Assembly: GCA_014905635.1 (NCBI GenBank)
Contig: JABVCE010000026.1
Coordinates: forward strand, 372,001 to 436,000
Direction of reading: 5' to 3'
Origin: Scenedesmus sp. PABB004
Taxonomy: Eukaryota
DNA length: 64,000 bases
Every line of letters begins with the position of its first letter. The stretch's first letter is position 1. The notes below the pieces were generated by a model. That model made no database searches, was not told the origin of the DNA, and saw only the letters and a list, made by a program, of their open reading frames with translations. Both the position numbers and the translations under genes were made by a program. Shown one piece after another: positions 59,101-64,000 of this stretch.

Positions 59101-60266
59101 CTTCCCCGTCGTCGACGTGACGACCACGCTCTTTGACGGCTCCTACCACGAGGTGCGGGGCGCCGCCGCGCTGCCGCCGCGCTGCCAGGGGCGCGCCGCG
59201 CGGCGCCGCGCGAGCGCGCAGCGTGCAGCCAGCTGGCTGCTGGTCGGCAGCCGCCACCTTGGTGGCTGGGACCCAGCAGCGCGCTCGCTGCGCGCTGCGC
59301 GCTGCGCGCTGCAGCCGGGCAGCTCGTGCATGCAGTGCTGTGTCGCGATGGCGCTGGATCCATGAGCTGCCCGGCTGCAGCGCGCAGCGACCAGCGTGGC
59401 CCGCGCCCGCGCCGGCGGGGCCGCGCCGCCGCGCGGCGACGCGCCCTCCGCCGCTGACGCGCCCTCCCGCGCCCGCGCCCACGCAGGTGGACTCGAGCGC
59501 GCTGGCGTTCCAGATCGCGGCGCGCGGCGCGTTCCGCGAGGCGATGTCCAAGTGCGGCGCGCGCCTGCTGGAGCCGGTCATGAAGGTGCGGGCGGGCCAG
59601 CGGCGGGCAGCGGTAGCGGCGAACTTCTGCGCGCCGCGCCCGCATGGAGTGCTGTGCGCCCCTCGCCCATGGCCGCCGCGCTCACCGCCGCCGCCCGCCT
59701 GCACTGCGCCGTGATACGTCCAGGTCGAGGTGATCACGCCGGAGGACCACATGGGCGACGTCATCGGCGACCTCAACTCGCGCCGCGGCATGGTCAACAA
59801 GTTTGAGGACAAGCCCGGCGGCATGAAGCTCGTGCAGGCGCGCGCCGCACCGCACCGCCGCGGCACGCCGCCTCCCTCCGCCGCCTGCGCCTCCCCCTCC
59901 GCCGTGCGCGCTGCCGCCGACCCCGCCGCGCCCCGCTGTCTGCGGAATTTTAAACCCCCCGTGCGGTTTGCAACGCAGGCGTTTGTGCCGCTGGCCGAGA
60001 TGTTCAACTACGTCTCCACGCTGCGCGGCATGACCAAGGGCCGCGCCAACTACTCCATGGGCCTCGAGCGGTGCGGCGCAGCGCGCGCGGCGCGGGCGCG
60101 GGCGGGGGTGGGGAGCGGCGCGCGTGGGGCTGGGAGTGGGATGAGTGGGCGCGCAGCGAGCGCTCACGCGCGCGCGCGCGCCGCGGTGCCGCCGCCGCGC
60201 AGGTACGAGGTGGTGCCGCCCAACATCCAGACCGAGATCATCAGCAAGCAGAAGGTCGCCGCCTGA
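54768..60266 (+). CDS. fusA: Chloroplast translation elongation factor G (19 introns, 4 GC-AG)
   Basis: Transit peptide; motifs [60 protein letters not shown] and [10 protein letters not shown]. Confidence 0.98.
55863..55925. repeat. (CGCRCAGCA)7 intronic tandem repeat in EF-G
   Basis: Seven 9-mers starting at the GC donor of intron 5. Confidence 0.85.
59291..59398 (+). ncRNA. Candidate intronic pre-miRNA-like hairpin in EF-G intron 16
   Basis: Perfect 26-bp stem 59300-59325/59364-59389, continuing to a 6-nt loop with 2 mismatches and 4 G-U pairs. Confidence 0.45.
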
Positions 60267-60789
60267 TGGGGCTGCTGACTTTGTCGCTGCTGCTGCTGCT
60301 GGTCGGGCGCGGGCGCGGGGCTGGGGCATCCTCTGTGTGCCGGCGGCGGGCGCGGGCCCTCGCGCGCGCGGCAGGCGTCAATAACGACTGCATGCAGCCT
60401 GCGATGCCGTTTTGACATTCACACACGCAGGGCGCGCGCGAGCGAGAGACGCGAGGGAGGAGTGGGGGCGCGGCGCCGCGCGGCGGGGCGGCGCGGCGCT
60501 GCGTGCCGGCGGGCCGCGCCCCGGGAGGCGTAACATTGACGCCTTTCAGTGACGTGCGCGAGCCACCGCGTTGGCAGCCTGGCTCCGCGTTCGCCGCCGT
60601 CGCGACCCGGCCTGCGGCTGAGCCGCGGCGGCGCACGCAGCCCAAAAAACCCCGCTGCTGCCTGCTCCGCCCGCCCGCCCGCGGCCGCCATCTCGCGAGA
60701 GCCGCCCGCTCGCGACCGTCGCGCGCTGCTGCGAGCGAGAGGCCGGCGGCGGCCGGACGGCGGCGGCCAAGCTCGCTCTCGCCGCAGCG

Positions 60790-62868
60790 ATGAAGCCGGG
60801 CGGCTCCAGACGCCTCTACGACTGCAACCCCGCGCTGAACGCATGGTGGGCAGCCCTGACAGGCCCCAGGGCTGGGGCGGCCTCGTTTGACCGCCGCTGC
60901 TTGCGCCCCCGCTGCGTCGCCCTGGCGCTCCGCCGCGTCAGGGAGGAGCAGAAGTTCGCGCGCTTGATGGAACGCAAAATTCGCGGCGCGCGCAGCAAGG
61001 TCGCGGCGGCCGCAGGCGCGTCGGCGCGCGTCCGGACGCGCGGTGCACGTGCCGCATGCACCGCGGGCGCGGCGCCCGCCCGCGCGCCGACCTCGCCGCC
61101 GGCGTGCGCAGGGCTTGGGCAAGCTAGGAAGAAGCCGGGCGGCGGCCGCGGCGGGGGCGGCGCGGCGCGCGGAGAGCAGGCGGGAGAGCGCGACGCGGGC
61201 GACGTGCTGGCGCAGCTGTCGGAGCTCCTCCAGCTGCCGCTGCTCCAGCAGCTCCAGGAGCTGCAGCAGCAGCAGCAGGGCGCCTGTCAGGCCGACGAGC
61301 CGACGAGCTGCGGCGCCGCGGCGAGCCCCGAGCCGGGCGGGCGCGGGGCGAGTGCAGCCGCGGTCGGCGCGCCGGCGTCGCCGGCGGAGCTTGTGCGCAT
61401 TGCGCAGGCGGCGACCGCGCTGCTGCGCAGCACCCAGCAGCGGCCGCTCGAGGCGAGCGGCGGCACCGGCCGGCTCGACAGCGGCGCCGGCAGGCACCGG
61501 AGCAGCTGCGCGGGCCAACCCGCGCACGGCGGCGGCGGCCGGCGCAGCAAGGCGGGCGGGCTGCAGCAGCAGCAGCCCGCCAAGCCTCGCCCGGCGTGGG
61601 ACGACCGCTGGCACAGCGAGGCTGGCGCTGGCGGCTGCCCGCCAGCCCAGCGCCCGCTGGAGAAGCAGCTGAGCGCGCCCGCCAGCCGCGCCGCGGCGCG
61701 CCGCGCGCCCCCTGCGGCCGAGCTTGAGCCCGGCTCGCCGCCGCCGCGGCCGCGCCCCCGCGCAGCCACCGCGGCGGCCACTGGCAGGGGCGGCAGCGCT
61801 GCGGACGTGGAGCGGCCAGGCTTCAGGGTGCGCCTGCTGCCCACCGGCGGGCTGCTGCCGGCGAGCGCGGCAGCGAGCGGCCAGCCGTCCAGCAGCGGTG
61901 CGAGCAGCGGCGCCGCGAGCAGGGCCAGCAGCGCGGCGGCGCGCTGGGCGTCGGGCGGCGTTGCCTCGCCGGCGGCGGCCGGGCGATACAGCAGCCCTGA
62001 CGCCGAGCAGGGCGCCCGCGGCAGCGGCGGCGGCGGCCGCGAGGCGGCGGCCAAGTCGCGGGCGGTGCCGCAGCCGGATCCCGGGCCGGCGGCGGCGCAT
62101 GCGGGGGCCATTGACCTGCTGACCTCCTCGCTGGTGACGCTGAACTGCCTCATACAGCGCCAGGTCCAGGGCCTGACGCGCGGCACAGGAGACGCGCCGC
62201 GCGGCCTGCCGAGCACTGACCCCAGCTCGACCGAGCTCGCGGGGCTGAGCATGGAGCTGCAGCCATCGCAGCTGCTTGCGGCGCCGGGCAGCGGCGGCGG
62301 CGGCGGCGGCTGGGCGGCACTGGGCGAGCCAGAGTTGCAGTTCCTGGCGGCCGGCGGCGGCGCCAGCCTCCATGCAGAGCGCTCGGCTGCGTGCGGGGCG
62401 GCTGCGCCGCGTGAGCCGCGGGCCGGGCAGGCGCCGGGCTGCGGTTGGCAGCCCGAGGACGACGACGCAGTGCTGCTGGGCACGCTGCGCGGCAGCCTCA
62501 GCGCTGCCAGCCACCTGACTGCGGCGGCGGCCGCGGCCGAGGCGGCAGACGGGCACCCCCGGCCGCCTAGCGCCGCACGGTGCAGCGCCAGCCCCGAGCC
62601 CGAGCAGCCGGGCCCCGCCATTGGCAGCAGCTGGGGCAGCGCCAGCGCGCGGCTGGTCGCGGGCGACGACGGCGGTGAGGCGTTTGAGGTGTGTGAGTAC
62701 AGCGAGGATGAGGAGGAGCAGGAGAGCGATGGCGAGGGCAGCGACGGCGGCGGCGGCCAGGGCGGCGAGCTCGAGCTGGCCGCGTCGTCGGAGCTGGCTG
62801 AGCAGGCGGCGCGCCTCGGCGCGGGGCTGGCCGCGCTCGCGCAGCTGACCGCGGGCGACGGCGCGTGA
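60790..62868 (+). CDS. Hypothetical intronless protein, largely low-complexity, with an acidic C-terminal patch
   Basis: 692-aa ATG-initiated ORF filling the gap between EF-G and TFB4. It has protein-like segments (LYDCNPALNAWWAAL, IDLLTSSLVTLNCLIQ) but no family I recognise. Confidence 0.6.
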   Translation: MKPGGSRRLYDCNPALNAWWAALTGPRAGAASFDRRCLRPRCVALALRRVREEQKFARLMERKIRGARSKVAAAAGASARVRTRGARAACTAGAAPARAPTSPPACAGLGQARKKPGGGRGGGGAARGEQAGERDAGDVLAQLSELLQLPLLQQLQELQQQQQGACQADEPTSCGAAASPEPGGRGASAAAVGAPASPAELVRIAQAATALLRSTQQRPLEASGGTGRLDSGAGRHRSSCAGQPAHGGGGRRSKAGGLQQQQPAKPRPAWDDRWHSEAGAGGCPPAQRPLEKQLSAPASRAAARRAPPAAELEPGSPPPRPRPRAATAAATGRGGSAADVERPGFRVRLLPTGGLLPASAAASGQPSSSGASSGAASRASSAAARWASGGVASPAAAGRYSSPDAEQGARGSGGGGREAAAKSRAVPQPDPGPAAAHAGAIDLLTSSLVTLNCLIQRQVQGLTRGTGDAPRGLPSTDPSSTELAGLSMELQPSQLLAAPGSGGGGGGWAALGEPELQFLAAGGGASLHAERSAACGAAAPREPRAGQAPGCGWQPEDDDAVLLGTLRGSLSAASHLTAAAAAAEAADGHPRPPSAARCSASPEPEQPGPAIGSSWGSASARLVAGDDGGEAFEVCEYSEDEEEQESDGEGSDGGGGQGGELELAASSELAEQAARLGAGLAALAQLTAGDGA

Positions 62869-62910
62869 GCAGCGCGCGGGAGGGGCGTTAAAGCGCTGCA
62901 ACGTCGCAGC

Positions 62911-63980
62911 TCAGCCCGGCGGCGGCGCCGCCGCCGCGGCGGGGGCGGGCGGCGCCTGCTTCCGCGCGGCCGCGGCCTTGAACTCCGAGCCGCACGTCGG
63001 GCAGGCCGGGAGCTTCATGTTAGCCTTACAGAAGATGGAGAGGCAGACGGAGCAGATGTAGCCGGTGTCTATGACGGTCTTGTGGCAGAAGCAGGTCGCC
63101 CGAAAGTCGACGCCGCGCTCGCCCGCGCCCGTCGCGAGCGCGGCGCGCGTCGCCGTGTCGGCGCTGAACCCGGCCAGCAGGTACGCGAGCAGGCCGTCGG
63201 GCGCGGAGGGGCGCAGGTAGAGCCCGCCCGTGAGGTGCGCGGCCTGCTGCAGGAACGCCGAGTCGGCGGGCCCCAGCACGCACGCGTCGACCGCCACGCC
63301 GCCGGCCTGGGCGGCAAAGATGGCGTTCATGACTGGGATGTACTGCAGCGGCGTGTCGGCGGCGCGCACGAGCGCGAGCAGCCGCGGCTTGGCGCGGCGC
63401 CGCCCCGTCGCGCCGTAGCGGTGCGCGAGGCGCGCCGCGTAGCACAGCGCGCGCGACAGCCCCGCCGCGAGCGCAACCTCGGGCGGGCCCGCGCCCGGCG
63501 GCTGCTGCGCCGGCTCGCCCTGGCCGGGGCCTGCGGGCGCGGGGCGGCGGCGGCGCGCTGGGCGCGGGCCCGGCGGCGGCGGCGGCGGCCCGCTGCCAGC
63601 GTGCAGCCCGCGCCGCGCCGCACCCGCCGCCGCGCAGCGCAGCAGCGCCGCCACGCGCGACACGAGCAGCGCCGCGACGCCGCCGCTGCCGGGCGTGGCC
63701 GCGGCGGGCGTGTAAACAAACGGCGCCGCGGCGGGCTGCAGCGCGATGACCGCCTGGTGGTTGTGCTCGCTCAGCAGCTGGTGGGCCTTGAGGAACAGCG
63801 CCACCTGTTGCAGCGGCGGCGCGCCCCGGCGTCAGGGCGGCGGCCGCGCGCGCGTGGGCGTCGGCGGCGGCGCGGGGCGGCGCGCCTGCTGCAGCAGCAC
63901 GTCCGGTGCCACGCCCACGCCGGCGTCCGGGCGCAGCAGCGTGGTGTCCAGCAGCAGCACCAGCAGCTCGCCCTCCGCGT
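62911..63980 (-). CDS. TFB4: TFIIH subunit Tfb4/p34 (5' end outside the window; 1 complete GC-AG intron)
   Basis: Motifs LAAGLSRALCY, QYIPVMNAIFAAQ, FLQQAAHLTGGLY and VDFRATCFCHK..GYICSVCLSIFC..CPTC. Confidence 0.95.
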
Positions 63981-64000
63981 CTGCGGGCGCGCCACGCAGC

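Overview
Eukaryotic nuclear DNA that is extremely GC-rich (about 80% by eye) and gene-dense. TGTAA poly(A) signals, LHCB7, a plastid EF-G, PAC and RSP10 point to a chlorophyte green alga; a Sphaeropleales/Scenedesmus-like origin is my inference. By splicing exons by hand I reconstruct 25 protein-coding genes: TMEM237-like, LHCB7, SDH2, a C2-domain protein, PAC-like, ARGLU1-like, OMA1, an LRR protein, an SGNH hydrolase, AARE, PP1, RRP41, an FkbM methyltransferase, Mpv17/PMP22, PIG-A, RPL19, a sulfotransferase, KCS, UBC9, RSP10, a MYND protein, an ankyrin-RING (XBAT-like) protein, EF-G, an orphan ORF and TFB4. Most long ORFs in the supplied track are artefacts of stop-codon scarcity. Four things stand out. 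(1) 22 of about 125 inferred introns (about 18%) use a GC donor, nearly always AG|GCRCG. (2) Two long pre-miRNA-like hairpins sit in the longest introns of RPL19 and EF-G, each directly after a smaller hairpin. (3) A near-identical direct repeat of about 525 bp brackets the KCS gene and lies just upstream of both KCS and the unrelated sulfotransferase. (4) Intact flagellar genes are present. Gene names come from recalled family motifs, not database searches, and exon boundaries are unverified by transcripts.
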